63,547 nucleotides of DNA, filler included, from Octopus bimaculoides (GCF_001194135.2; 5 parts of 5 records of this genome joined end to end with filler, not necessarily neighbours in it), one strand, 5' to 3'. Shown: positions 1 through 13,900, counted from the first letter of the whole stretch. Numbers and translations: made by a program. The notes: generated by a model not told the origin, from the letters alone.

Positions 1-359
1 ACTCCTAAATACTTATATGGTTGGCTTTCGTCTAGTTCTCTTATTTCATTGGTTTTATCTAGTGTTATATTGCTACTTTTAACTAATTTTCCTCTTTTCA
101 GGGTTGCTTTGGCACATTTTTCTAATCCGAATTTCATATCTATTTCCTTGGTAAAGCCGCGTACTGTCTGTAGTAGTGTTTCTAGCTCTTTGTCGTTTTT
201 AGCATATAATTTTAGGTCATCCATATATAAAAGGCGGCTGACTGTTTTTCCGTAGCATTTGTAACCTCATCCAGTTCTATTTAGCAATTCTGTTAAAGGT
301 GTGAGTGCCAGGCAGAACAGGAGTGGAGAGAGCGTGTCTCCCTGGAATATTCTTCTTCT
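1..359 (-). mobile_element. R4/Dong-like non-LTR retrotransposon RT fragment (continues off the window start)
   Basis: The minus strand reads IFQGDTLSPLLFCLALTPL...LLYMDDLKLYAK...KFGLEKC...PYKYLG (RT motifs 4-7, one stop). The 5' junction abuts a (TTC/TTA)n tract. Confidence 0.85.
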
Positions 360-410
360 TTTTCTTCTTATTATTATTATCATTATTATTATTATTATTA
401 TTATTATTAA

Positions 411-606
411 AGCAGCGAGCTGGGAGAATCGTTAGCACTCAGGGCGGAATGCTTAGCAGTATTTCGTCTGCCGCTATGTTCTGAGTCCAAATTCCGCCGA
501 GGTCAACTTTGCCTTTCATCATTTCAGGGTCGACAAATTAAGTACCTGTGAAACACTGGGGTCGATGTAATCAACTAGTCCTCTCCCCAAATTTCAGGCT
601 TTGTGA

Positions 607-677
<71 letters not shown>

Positions 678-903
678 GTAAGAGAGCCGGCAGAGTCGTT
701 AGAGTGTCGAGAAAATGCTTTGTCGTATTTGTTATGACTGTTTATTTTCTGAGTTCAAATTCCTCCGAGGTCAACTTAATTTTTGATCCCACTGGGGTCG
801 ATGAAATAAGTACCACTCAAGTATTAAGGTCGATATAATCAACTAATCGACTGTCCCTTCTCCCACTAAAATTGCTTGTCTAATGCCAAAATTTGAACCA
901 TTG
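411..903 (+). mobile_element. Two tRNA-derived SINE family A copies separated by (TTA)n
   Basis: Consensus ggcggcgagctggcagaatcgttagc...gagttcaaattccgccgaggtcgactttgcctttcatcctttcggggtcgataaa.taagtacc, with A-box and B-box motifs. Confidence 0.85.
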
Positions 904-1105
904 TCGTCGTCGTCGTCGTCATCGTTATCATCATCATCATCATCATCATCATCAACAACATCATCATCGAAGCCATCGTTTCAGCAAGCCGGTCTTGATC
1001 CAACCATTTATGCTGAAAGAACGACTCACATCAGACGCCTATCTCAAATTTTCTTTCTTCCCTTACATCTCAAGAACCTACCTTAATTTTTGATATCTTC
1101 CTAAG

Positions 1106-1323
1106 ATTGGTTTCAAATTTTGGCACAAGACCAGCAATTTCAGAGAAAGGGGTAAATCGATTACATCGACCCCTAGGGCTCAAATGGTACTTATTTTATC
1201 GATCCCGAAAGAATGAAAGGCAAAGTCGATCTCGGCGGAATTTGAACTCAGAACGTAAAGACGGGCGAAATGCCTCAAAGCTTTTTGCCCAGCATGTTAA
1301 CGACTCTGCCAGCTCGCCACCTT
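1106..1323 (-). mobile_element. SINE family A copy
   Basis: Reverse complement of the family A consensus, head and tail present. Confidence 0.85.
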
Positions 1324-1329
1324 AGATCT

Positions 1330-2450
1330 TCCTAATATTGTTGTCTTCTGAAAATGTTTCTAACGTATCTCCATTCCGGATTTCAGAATTCATGTTTTAT
1401 GTTATTTTTTTTTAATTGTTGTCAGTCTCCTTCAACGTACCCACTCCAATTACTGGTGTGGCTCCAACCTTTTCCATGTGACACATTTTCTGAATTTCTC
1501 ATTCTAAGCTTTCATATTGCTCCATTTTATGCTTTTCCTTCTCACATACTTTGTCATCCCCTGGTAATTCTACATTAATTATCAAACAAATGTTAATAAT
1601 AATAAGATCTCTCACGTGTATTTCAAATATTAAAGTCCCACTATTGAGTCAAGCTCATGCCACTTTTCTGATTATCTTCAGCTTATACTTCTCGTACAAC
1701 TTCCAGTGTACGGTCCTAGCAATGTCAGCATACTTTTGTATTCTATTCTGCTAGAGTATTGCTCTCAGAATATGGCTAGTTGTTTCTTATTTAAATCCAC
1801 AGAGTCTACCTAAAGATAACACTACGATTTTGTCGATGTTATATTTCATGTAATTAGTTCTCATGGATTTCCCCTGTACTGCTCTTTTTTATTGCTTCAG
1901 TCTTGACTTTAACGTTCCACATCCATTCTAATGGTACTTTCTAATTTATTCTACTTTCTACGTTACTCATAAATTGGCCATTCATTACTTTATCCACCCA
2001 CTTCATCTCTCTCTTTCACCATTCTTTTCAATGAAACTTTCGTCTGTAAAAGATCTCTTGTTTTATTTCTACCAACTAAGGTTCAACACTGTTCTTTACG
2101 CACCAATCAAGATTATTGCCTAAACTTTTTATACAGTTTTCCGTAACCTATCAAACCTCTTCCATTTCTGATTCTGTTAGGATAATTCAAACGAAATCAC
2201 TTTTTAGATACAGTGAATCATTCAAGATAATAGCTATCGCATCTTTTTATGTTTTCCCTTTCCATATCTTCTTCGAGCAGCTGCAACCGGGGCGCGTTTT
2301 ACCGCACACTTCTAGAAATCCCTGCTCTTCATTAGCTTTTGTAGGTTCTCAGATTCATCTGTGTGTCTTAGCCAATAACATGAATTTCGTTGAATGGTCT
2401 GCATCCTTTATGGTTGTGCAGAAGTCTCCAAAATATACCATCTAATATGT
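1330..2450 (-). mobile_element. Old, highly decayed R4/Dong-like LINE C-terminal region
   Basis: Degenerate CCHC/RLE-like remnants on the minus strand (RLCGFK*ETTSHIL...ARTVHWKLYEKY, PVIGVGTL) with many stops and frameshifts. Confidence 0.55.
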
Positions 2451-3259
2451 TCAGAACTATAACTGTATAGGAAAGAGGTGGTAAACTGTCGGTGACTGTG
2501 GAACTAAAAAAGAAAGAAGCAGAAAAAAAAACATTTATCCCAAGTAGAAGGCGTGTAAAACCAATGGAAAAAAGAAATTTGATTTAAAAAATGTTTTTAA
2601 AGTGTCACATTTTTTATATTTTTGTTTCTTCTCTCTTTTATATACAACTTTCTTTTGTTGAGAATTGTATTTGTCTTGTAAATGACTTGATCTGACAGTG
2701 TGTATTGAAACTGAAACAATTATATCATTGTAGAACATTTGATAATATGAAACTATTAAGTTTACATTAAATTTCTATTTAGTTTGTAAGACGTAAAAAT
2801 TGCCCTCGCATAACTGCAACGTGGTCGCTGAGATATTTTCTCTAGTCTGTCTTTTCATTTTTAGACAAAGTTTATTCTTTTCCTGAACATCATTCACAAA
2901 CACAAAATAGCTGCGAATATTCCACAGCACGCTCATAAAAAGAGAAGTGTAAATGTACAGAAACAGCACGTTTCACACACAGATAGCAAACAAAAATACT
3001 ATTTTAAGTACAAAACAAAATATCAGTATCAACTACAAAAGGTAGAATTTAACATTGAATATGTCGAATAGAAATGTTGTCAACAACAACAGCAAAACAA
3101 AAACAACGAAAAATTCAACAAACAAAAGCAGTAACAATAGTATACATGCATATATTACGGTAAATGTAAATATAAATTATATAACGGTATCTTACATAAA
3201 TGTAGAAGAAAAAACTCTTGATGTAACACATTTTGCTGGAGAAACAAAAGCTTCGCAAC

Positions 3260-3770
3260 ATTTTCCACGAAAAGCAGACACCATGCAAGAGATTATCTTA
3301 ATTGTGCTTAGCCAACTCAATGCTCGGTTTTCTCGTTCCATCTAGGATGGATTTGGAAATTTCATTCGCCTAGAAGAGGGAAGGCGTATGGTGCCATAGA
3401 CATTACCTTCAAACAGAGGACAGCAAAATCGCAGGCCCAAATTGTACGTGACACATCTGTTCATAAACTGTTTCTGCAATATTTGGGAAGAGGAAATAAA
3501 AGGGCCGCAGTTCGGATTATCTGGGACTATGTCGATCTCTGGCTAATAGCTACTTTGGCAGCACAATTTAGGCAGGCGAATGTGTCGACGATATCACGCT
3601 ATGGGGGATTGCCGTGGACATATAAGTCCTCATGATTCAACAAGACTGCGAAGCAGTACCAGAATGGTGTCCTATTGTGGGTGCTGAGAGGAAGGCTTTA
3701 AAACTCAGCATCCAAGGTATCCGGGCTCATCTGCTACACATATGATAACTTAGACCCATTAAGAGCTTTC
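3260..3770 (+). mobile_element. Decayed RTE-like LINE 3' fragment
   Basis: GC-richer patch with frameshifted remnants resembling the RTE C-terminus. The similarity is weak. Confidence 0.35.
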
Positions 3771-4014
3771 TGCAAGAAAAATCTAAAATAACGAAAGCAA
3801 ATGGATTTTAAATTTATATATAAATTATTGCGTTTTATTCGCCTTTTATATTCTTTCTGTGAGAATATTTGTTTTCATAGCTTATTAATTTTGTCCTGTT
3901 ACATATATAAAGTTTCACTTCACCTCTTGCCTTTATATGACTTGTTCGTCCGTCTCCACACATTTTTTAAAGTCAAAACCGCCACCACCACCACCACCAC
4001 CGCCGCCGCCGCCG

Positions 4015-4045
<31 letters not shown>

Positions 4046-4049
4046 TATT

Positions 4050-4849
4050 CAGTAGTTTTATCTTTATAGCGTACTTTCACTTCACTACCGAGCGCAGCTC
4101 TGTGTGCCTTGGGTATGTGCTGTGGTTTGCTGTGATGCTCTTATGGTTACTGTATTGAAAGTGTTTTGAGTAGGATGTGTGCAGTGCCCAGTAGTGCAAT
4201 TTGTCCTTGTGCTTTTGTTATGTATTTGTCTAAATATTTTTTATCATACCTAATGCGCTTCTACGATAAAAATTGTTTCGGTTTTTAGACTCCACATTCG
4301 AGTTACCTCTATTTCCAGGTCTTTGTATTTTGAAAGTTTCTCCATTTCTTTTAGAGAAACGTTGTCATCTGCTGGTATTGATACATCAATTAGACAGCAT
4401 TTTTTTCTTCATGATCTCTGACAACTATATCTGGTCTATTGGCCTTAATTTCTCTGTCTGTGTGTATTGGCATATCCCAGAGTGTGATTGTTTTCTGTGA
4501 CTTTTTCTGGCGCGTGCCTATACCATCTTTTTCTGTTGCTATTCCATAGTGTTGGCATAGCTTCCAGTGTATGTAGGTCCCAGCTCTGTCATGTCTATGA
4601 ATATATTCCTTCTTAGCCAGGACTAGGCAGCCAGAGATAATATGATTTATTGTTTCTTGTCCATCTCCACATATTCTGCAGTTACTAGTTATGTTTCTTT
4701 TCATTATATGCTTTTGGTAATTTCTGGTGGGGAGGCTTTGGTCTTGTGCTGCAAATAAAAAATCCTTCAGTCTCTGCTTTGAGACCTGAGCTTCTCAATC
4801 ATTGCTGGGACTTTTTCTTTGTCTATTTCTTTTGTATTTAGTTTAGCCC

Positions 4850-4852
<3 letters not shown>
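4050..4852 (-). mobile_element. 5'-truncated R4/Dong-like (RLE) LINE with 3' UTR and (AAT/GAT)n tail
   Basis: ETEGFLFAAQDQSLPTRNY...CRICGDGQETINHIISGCLVLAKKEYIHRHD...WDMPIHTDREIKANRPDIVV (CCHC zinc finger plus PD-(D/E)XK endonuclease). Flanked on both sides by TTA/ATC microsatellites. Confidence 0.88.

Positions 4853-4922
<70 letters not shown>
4853..4922. repeat. (TTA)n microsatellite between the R4-like LINE and the Chapaev3 left end
   Basis: Read directly. Similar tracts occur at 603-675, 24560-24648, 26520-26583 and 58850-58892. Confidence 0.95.
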
Positions 4923-4923
<1 letters not shown>

Positions 4924-7161
4924 ACTGGTCAACAGCCAATTTTCATCAGGGATATTATATGGTGCTCTATATGTAGCTTTGTCTATGGATTTTAAAAATG
5001 TAATCGGTTTCCTTCTATCAGGCACAGTTTTTCTGTAATTTTATGTTTTCATAATCTTTTCTTTTCATAAATTTTAATTTCTGTTTAAGGTGCCAAATCA
5101 TCATCAAATTCTACTCAGGATGTCAAGGCATTGCAAGAGCAATGTGGTTCATTTACCACCAAAGCTCAGCAACGTGTCATCACAAGTGAAATCAAGAAGG
5201 TCTACCAGTTATACTTTGGCTGCTCTCTCGGGGATCAAGATAAGAGTTGGGCCCCGCACATCATCTGCTCAGCTTGTTCAAATGGACTAAGGGATTGGCT
5301 AAATAAGAGGAAGAGAGCAATCCCGTTTGCAATACCTATGATATGGAGAGAGCCAAAGGATCATTTCATGGGCTGTTATTTCTGCAGCGTTAGTGTATGT
5401 GGGTTTACTGTAAAGACCAAGCATAAGATTGTGTATCCTAACTTGGAATCAGCAAGAAGACCAGTACCACACAACGATGATGATCTTCCTATTCCAATAC
5501 CACCAGAAAATAGCCTTCAGATGTCTGACGAAGATGTATTTCCTGAAGAAAATACTACTGCTGTGGAAGACACTGAAGTGGATGCAGATTTCACGATTGA
5601 AAATGAAGACGTACAACAGAAATTTTCTCAAGGAGATTTAAATGATTTAGTCAGAGACTTGTCATTGTCGAAGGATAAAGCTGAACTATTAGCATCTCGC
5701 CTACAAGAAAAGTGTCTGCTTAAGAAAGATGTTTGTNNNNNNNNNNNNNNNNNNNNNNNNNNNNNNNNNNNNNNNNNNNNNNNNNNNNNNNNNNNNNNNN
5801 NNNNNNNNNNNNNNNNNNNNNNNNNNNNNNNNNNNNNNNNNNNNNNNNNNNNNNNNGAAATAGGGATCTGACTTCATGCTTCTCTGTTGATGGACCACTT
5901 TGTTTCAGTAATAACACTGATGAGTTATTTCGCTGTTTGTTCCAAGAGCATGTTCCAGCTGAATGGCGCTTATTCATTGATTCATCTAAGAGAAGCCTCA
6001 AGGCAATACTACTACACAACGGCAATAAGAAACCATCCATTCCCATAGGACATTCAGTGCACATGAAGGAGTGTTATGAAAACATGCAAGTACTCCTCAA
6101 TGCCATAAAGTATACAAACTACAGCTGGAAAATCTGTGGAGACTTGAAAGTGATTGGAATATTGATGGGAATGCAATCTGGGTTCACGAAGTATTGTTGC
6201 TGTTTATGACTGTGGGACAGTCGTGCAACTAACAAGCACTATGTGCAATCAGAGTGACCTTTGTGAAAATCATGAGTCGGGAGTTTCTAGCGTCCAGAAC
6301 AAGCCACTTTCAAACCCGGAAAATGATCTTCTTCCCCCTCTTCACATAAAGCTTGGCCTCATGAAACAATTCGTGAAGACACTTGCCCAGAAAAGCTCAA
6401 AAGGTTTTGAATATGTGAAGGCCAAATTTCCAAAAATCACCGAGGCAAAACTGAAGGAGGGCATATTCATAGGTCCGCAGATAAAAAAAACTCTTGAAGG
6501 ACAACCACTTCCTCACAGCACTGGATGAGATTGAACTTAAAGCCTGGGAATCTTTCAAATGGCTCTGTGGAAATTTCCTAGGCAACAAGAGATCTCTCGA
6601 GTTTAGAAATGGAGTGAAATGTCTTCTAGACTCCTATACTGCAATGGGCTGTCGGATGTCACTAAAAGTCCATTTCCTTGATTCACATCTGGACTTTTTT
6701 GCAGAGAACCTTGGAGCAGTGTCTGATGAGCAAGGGGAATGCTTTCATCAAGATATTGCATCGATGGAACAACGATATCAAGGATTTTGGAATGCAGGAA
6801 TGTTAGCTGACTACTGTTGGATGTTATACAGGGATGAACCTGAGACAAGACGCCATAGAAAGTCCAAATCCCAAAGATTTTAAGTTGTTATGCATTCGAG
6901 TGTATTCGAACTTATTTGTACACAATAATTTTAATTTTGTGCAATAAAAAGCCATGAAATTATCGTATCTTGTATTCATTATACTTTATATAGAAATGCT
7001 TTACGTATCCTATAAGTTAAAACAGTAGGTATCATTAACATGAAAATGTGACCCGATAGAGGAAATCGAACTTCAGATTCGTAATCAGCATCAAAAATTA
7101 ACCCAGAAAAGTCAATCAGCAAATCTGATGATTAAAAAAAGTTTCATTTTGTTGACCAGTG
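4923..7161 (+). mobile_element. Chapaev3-type (CMC superfamily) DNA transposon, complete ends, inactivated transposase
   Basis: Perfect 12-bp terminal inverted repeat CACTGGTCAACA (4923) / TGTTGACCAGTG (7150-7161), with TTA on both sides (TWA-type 3-bp target duplication). Confidence 0.85.
5120..6883 (+). pseudogene. Chapaev3-type DDE transposase pseudogene
   Basis: GDQDKSWAPHIICSAC...WREPKDH...CYFC zinc-finger region; FIDSSKRSLKAILLHNG (D), ICGDLKV (D), PPLHIKLGLMK, HLDFFAENLGAVSDEQGECFHQ (E). Has a small N-terminal deletion, an in-frame TGA at 6207-6209, frameshifts near 6220-6500 and an N-gap at 5737-5856. Confidence 0.85.
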
Positions 7162-7172
7162 TTATTATTATT

Positions 7173-7583
7173 AAGGCGGCAAGTTGGCAGAATCGTTAGC
7201 CTATCGGGCAAAATGCTTAGCGACATTTCGTCCGTCTTTACGTTCTCGGTTCAAATTCCGCAAAGGTTGACTTTGCTTTTCATCCTTTTGATGTCGATGA
7301 AATAAGTACCAGTTGAACACTGGGGTTGATGAAACCGACTTCCCCTCTCCCTCAAAAACTTTTGGCCATGTGCCATTATTATCAAGGCGGTGAGCTGGCA
7401 GATTCGTTATCTCGCTGGGCAAAATGCTTAGCTGCATTTTTTCTGTCTTTGTGTTCTGAGCTCAAATACAATCGAGGTCGACTTTACTTTTTATTCTTTC
7501 GGGGTCAATGAAACAAGTACCACGATGTAATCGACTAGTCTCCTGCTTCAAACTTTGAGGCCTTGTGTCTATAATAGACAGGA
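7173..7583 (+). mobile_element. SINE family A head-to-tail dimer
   Basis: Two consecutive copies joined through an attattat linker, immediately right of the Chapaev3 terminus. Confidence 0.85.
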
Positions 7584-7860
7584 TTATCATTATTGTTGTC
7601 ATTATTATTCTTCAGGCAGAAAATGATGGCACAATTGGTAGATCGTCGGATACAATGACTCGTGTTATTTATTTACGTCCCTTTATATTTTAATTTCAAT
7701 TCAAGTTGTGATAAACTTAACTCTTTGTCTCTCTGCAATCGACACTGATTCAACAAACCTACAATCAAACGCATTCCTGTCACGATCATAGCCTCGTTTA
7801 TAGATGTAGGCATAATAGTGTGAGGGAAGTTTTGAGTCATTATTAGTTTTAATTTACAGT

Positions 7861-7892
<32 letters not shown>

Positions 7893-8771
7893 NNNNNNNN
7901 NNNNNNNNNNNNNNNNNNNNNNNNNNNNNNNNNNNNNNNNNNNNNNNNNNNNNNNNNNNNNNNNNNNNNNNNNNNNNNNNNNNNNNNNNNNNNNNNNNNN
8001 NNNNNNNNNNNNNNNNNNNNNNNNNNNNNNNNNNNNNNNNNNNNNNNNNNNNNNNNNNNNNNNNNNNNNNNNNNNNNNNNNNNNNNNNNNNNNNNNNNNN
8101 NNNNNNNNNNNNNNNNNNNNNNNNNNNNNNNNNNNNNNNNNNNNNNNNNNNNNNNNNNNNNNNNNNNNNNNNNNNNNNNNNNNNNNNNNNNNNNNNNNNN
8201 NNNNNNNNNNNNNNNNNNNNNNNNNNNNNNNNNNNNNNNNNNNNNNNNNNNNNNNNNNNNNNNNNNNNNNNNNNNNNNNNNNNNNNNNNNNNNNNNNNNN
8301 NNNNNNNNNNNNNNNNNNNNNNNNNNNNNNNNNNNNNNNNNNNNNNNNNNNNNNNNNNNNNNNNNNNNNNNNNNNNATGTATGTATGTATATATGTGTAT
8401 GTATATATATATATATGTGTGTGGGTGTGTGTGTATGTGTGTATAATATATATGTATGTGCGTAAGGTTTTTTTTTTATGGAAGTGAAACTGAAACTTTA
8501 GAAAAGGTCATTCTGAGGGCAGGAAACAAAAGTCACAGACTTCAGCATCGTGTTGATGATTCAGTGACATATTTTATGCTAAATAACTCTGTCTCCATCA
8601 ACTGAAATCAAACAGGTCAACTGACGTAAATAGTTCCATTTTAACAGCTTGTATTAGATTATCTCCAAAATTCGTTAAAATAGCTTACGTAGAATAACAC
8701 CGTCATCAATATTATTATTAAATATGCTGGCCTTGTCCCAAAATTTGAAATCACTATTATTATTAAATATA

Positions 8772-9041
8772 AGGCGGCGAGCTGGCAGAATCATTAGCAC
8801 GGCGGGCAAAATGCTCAGCGGCATTTCGTCCGTCTTTAAGTTCTGAATTCAAATTCCGCCGAGGTCGACTTTGCCTTTCATCTTTGAAGAATTTTTAGTC
8901 GAATGAATCGATCCCACTACTTTTTAAAGCCTGGTACATATTCTATCGATTCTTTGCCGAACTATTGTGTTACGGGGACGTGAACACACCAAAACCGGTT
9001 GTCAAGTGGTGGAGGGGGACAAACATAAACACACACAGAAA

Positions 9042-9092
<51 letters not shown>

Positions 9093-9232
9093 GCGACAGA
9101 CTTCGTTCAGTTTCCGTCAACCAAACCTACTTACAAGGTTTTGGTCGCCCTGAATCCTATAGTAGAAGACACTTAACTAAGGCACTACGCATGGGACTGA
9201 ACCCGGAACCCTATGGTTGGGATGCAAACTTC
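8772..9232. mobile_element. Nested SINE cluster: partial family A (+), partial family C, family B (-)
   Basis: Family A head at 8772-8885, family C segment (ttacggggacgtgaacacacc...ggttgtcaag) at about 8905-9040 and family B (ggttgggatgcaaacttct) at about 9092-9232. Confidence 0.75.
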
Positions 9233-10891
9233 TTGTCGTGCCTGCGCCTGCGCCTACTCATGTGACAAAATAAAAATAAAAGTTTAAGTCATAAGACCAA
9301 AACAGTTCAATATAAAATTCATAGTTGTTCTCAGTACAGATGCGCCTATACAGGGTCTTACGCACCTAAAACCCTTCCCCAAAACTGGCAGACATGGCTC
9401 TCTCGTGAAAATACCATACTGAGATGATGACGTAATCTTAAGTAGATTTTTGCCAACTGCTTTCTCTCAGAGATATGAATCCGTCAGCAGATGGCTTTAT
9501 TTGTTATTTCATCTCTCCTAAACTATCAGGGAATATTTTTTTGTTTAGCCACAGGCCACCCTTGATCCAGTAGAACTATGAACAAAGTAACTGATGCCAC
9601 GGTTTTTCTTTGATGTTAGGTTTTTGTTTATGTTACGGTTTTTTTCTTTTTTTGTACTTCGAACTACATTACTCAATATATCTTTTTAGGTAGTGGACTG
9701 GGATTTGAGGAAAGTTTACTATTCTTTCTAGTAGGTCAAGTTACGGAATGAAGGAACCTCTGTTGGCATTTTTTTAAGCTGCACCTTACAACATATTTCA
9801 TTTATTGTATTCTTTTACCGGATACTTGATGTTGGATTGTCTTCGTGTTATAATGCTTGTTTGGATTAGCTCTGATAGAAAATTCCAGGTTTTTTTTATT
9901 TCTTTCCCCATATCTTAGATAATTAGCCATGAAAGAGGAGACAGTAACCATGACAACTGCGAGCCTTGCAGACCCTACTAAACGAGCGACATCGATGCTG
10001 TTGATGTTCAAACTGAATTTCCGTCAGAATAAAAGCGGTCTCGAAGGAATTTCAGAAGGTGGCAAATATGGGCAGGAATGATTGATCGCTAATTTGGTTA
10101 CGGATTTGTGGAGTGACTGGCAAAACAAACTAGAGCAGACGAGTAAGTGACTGGTTAATACGAGCGATGAAATGAGATGGCATACATGTTGTTTGTCCAG
10201 AGGAAAAGACATCATTGTTATAGCAACAGAAAAGACACAGATATGAAACTGCAACTCTCTTAGACTGCAACTGAGATACGCTTGTGAATAAGTCTCTGCT
10301 GGGTAGCCGAATGTGCTATAGCATTATTGTATCGGCAGCAGCACCATCGTCCTAGATATATGAACAATACTCCAATATAGTTGTACATGTGCAGCGACAG
10401 CAACTATTAGCGCAATTTGGTCGTATGTTGTTTATTCGTGGAAAGTGTGAGGTACAAACTACGTCCTTGATGCATGTAATGATTGTGCAATTATGCTATT
10501 GAGTGAGACTGGGTTATCATTGTCCTCATTCAAAGAAGTTTTCGAGGTCTCTGTTCATAGAAGCAGAGCAAATCTTGAATCGTCTAGATTGCGAGTAGAT
10601 AACGCCTGTGTGTGAGTGTGTGCGTATTGGCGCGTGCGCGTACATGTATGTGTGGGAGGTTAAGGAGGCATAAAAGGTTAAAGCATCTATATAGGAGTGT
10701 GTGCATGCGTGTGTGTGTGCGTTTGCTGGGTGTTTGCGTTATAATTGACTGTCAGAATATCATCAATATACATACGGAAGACTGGTGGAAACCCAGTCAA
10801 ACTTTGGGGCACAGCAGAGTTTTTAGAATATTAGTCGGAGTTAGTCAGAGAGAAGGAGAGAGAAAGAGAGCGAGAGAGAGGGGGGAGAGAT

Positions 10892-10943
<52 letters not shown>

Positions 10944-13900
10944 TGTGTATGTGTGCGCGTGTGCGTGTGAGAGAGAGAGTGTGTGTGTGTGAGAGAGAGT
11001 GTGTGTATGTTTGTGTGTGTGTGTGTGTGAGAGAAAGAGAGGGAGCGAGAGAGATGGGTCAGTACAGACTGCAGTGGAACAGTCTGACAGGGACCTCAAT
11101 GGAGGAGGTTCTCGTGCAAATACGTTTCCGATTCTTTTGCATATGTCTGGTGCATCGGTATTGCTTTTGCAAGGTTGAAAGACCACTGGCATATGACATG
11201 GGAAAACTAGTCTGTGGTAAATCTGCCTCTACAGAGTCTCTTCCACTTGTAGGGTTAGGTGGTCATGCAAATGTGGAAGAGATTTAAGTTAATAAAAAAG
11301 CTGGTTATTTACAACTGCTTCCTTCATTTTTAAGGTGCTGGATTAAAGGGCCTTAGTGGTATGATAATAGAAATTAGCCTACATGAAGAAGGGATACAGC
11401 GTGTTCCTAGGGATTGGGCTAGATTCCTGGAAAGAGATAGGAATCGCTTGGTGACATAAGAGTAACTGGTTTTACTGTGTATCGTTTTATGGTAATGAAA
11501 AAGATAGCGTCAAGATTGATCTTCTTATAGGATTGAAATAAATTTGAGGGCAAGTTCTTCACTTGGCAGTGAAACTGAAAAAGGAGTTTTCGGGCGATTT
11601 TGTTTTATTTATTCATCGTAAAGCTGAATTCAAAACTAGCAATAAATGTGGTTGATGAGTGGTAGTAGCGTAACGTTGTAGTGACTTCATAAATTCAACA
11701 AAAGATTAGAATGCGCGGCTGCAGTTTGATAGGCAAAAAAAAAAAAAAAATGCGTGTGTGATGTATAAAAGCATTCTTTGTTTTTCGGGTCGACGTCTTT
11801 TAGGCATTTGTGACCTTCTATGTTCCATATTATTCTTTGTCTATAGAGTTTTGGAATTATAAGATTTGGACATATAAAAGGGCCTGTCTTCGAAGTGCTT
11901 AGTTGTCCCAAATGGATTAACAGTGAAACATATTTACTATCAGGCATAGTCAGCATACAACAAGCGGAGTTTTGGTCAATTAGCATAGAATGATTTCAAT
12001 GTGAAGCGTGACACTTCGATTAGATACTGAGCAGTATTCAGATGGGTTTGAAGTTGAGCGATATCTCACGAGAACATTAGGCAAATAGATGTGTAGGATC
12101 TTGCAGGCATGAAGTGAATTCAATCCACCTTAGCCAAATTTAAGTTAACAGTTCAACAGAACTTTTCTCACGGTGGAACAATGGTTTTTCTCTGACAGCA
12201 GTTTTACATTTGCCAGATTGCCTTTTGTTAGGCCGAAATAATGTCTTCACCACTTGACCCTTATAATCTCTTCTACTTCAACAAAAGCTAGAATAGAGAT
12301 ATCACAGTACCACCAACGAAGCCCATTGTTCTCAACGATATGTGTATCCTTCTGGATAGTTATAAAAGCAAGAACCCCCAAGCAAAAACAAAGTAGTCAT
12401 TTGGTGACAACGGAGAGAGGCAGCTCGTGATGACTCAGTTAATTAGGGAACGGACTGCTAGAATCATGATCATAAGGAAAGCAGCTACTAAAGACAATGG
12501 TCAGCGAGAGAAATGAAATTTACTGTCAGCAACTGTGAGACCACGTACCACAACCCTACAACTTTCACTAGCTCTAATTCTGTTCTCTTACAACATCATT
12601 CTATCGCTATCTGTGGATTATTACTAACAATTCGTGTACACCAAACTATGCAAAGAAACATTCTACCACATCTAACTTTCTTTCGCATGCTCTGGGATGT
12701 TATAACCTGCCCGTCGAGGTAAGGTATTTCTCAACGTAATGATAAATAAATATTTTCTTAAAACTTCTTGCATTGTCCATCTTTCACATCTTACAACATG
12801 CCGTTATAACAACAAATTTTTATCGTTACAACTGCTGACTCCAGTATTTCATATTATTGCGTACCTAATCAATCTTACCTGTTACAATTGGTAACTACAT
12901 TAATTAAAACCTAACCGTTACAGATATGTAAGAAAGATATATGCACAGATGAGTGTAATTAGTTTAGAATGGTATTTAATCTCTATACTAATGATGTAGT
13001 ATTTAGAGGGTGAATGAGCCAAGCAGCAAGTGTGCATTGAAGTCACCAAGGATGATAGCTTCAGAGAGAGGTGAGTCCTCAATATATGTTAAAATATACT
13101 CAATGTATGATAAAATGTCTTCCAGTACTTACAGGTAACTGGAAGAGTTTACTGAGTTTGAGGAAGAAAGCGTTCTATGTAGATACAGACACCAACTTTC
13201 AGAGAAAAGTGGGAATATAGAATGTAACATGTATATCAGAGTCGATATTGAGATAGATGATGAGAAAATTGAGGTTTGCCTATTACTAGATGAATATAAG
13301 ATCAAGGTTCAACAGATACCCACTCGTAGTGTAGAGAAAGATGAATTGACTCTTCATTTAGGAAAAAAAATTTAACCTTTTGACGGAGAACGTTTTGGTG
13401 AAGAGAATAGACTATGGCTTATTAGTTGGCGCTAGTACATCGATCACTGAGAGCAGTCCAGCTGGTAATCAGATTCCACGAGAAAGTCATTCGAAATTCT
13501 TTGCTGACTAGAGAGGTTTATGACTCATGGACTATGAGAAACGGTTATACAGAATCACAAGACAGTTAATTGAACAGTGTCTTGTTACGTTACTAACAAG
13601 TTCAGAATTCTGCACTGTCTGGCAGAAGACCTCTAGAAGGAAATACTTTCCACTGATATTTTCTGACAATCAGTGACACCACACAAAAGAAGTTTTATCG
13701 GAAGTAGCGACTTGATTTGAATGTTTCCACTAAACTTAGTGGTATTTGCAGTAAAGCTAACTCTACTAAGGTTAGGTGTTGTTATTGTTGTTTTACCCCA
13801 AATCAATCGTGATTAGTCAGACTTATGATCAGAGGCATTTAAACAATATCTATTCTGTCTTTTACGGTATATGTTCAAGTTGTGTTTTCCTTATTTGATA

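Noticed and set aside
11280-12000. Possible decayed Gypsy gag/protease remnants
   Set aside because: Too degenerate to support by eye, with no LTRs or clear motifs.
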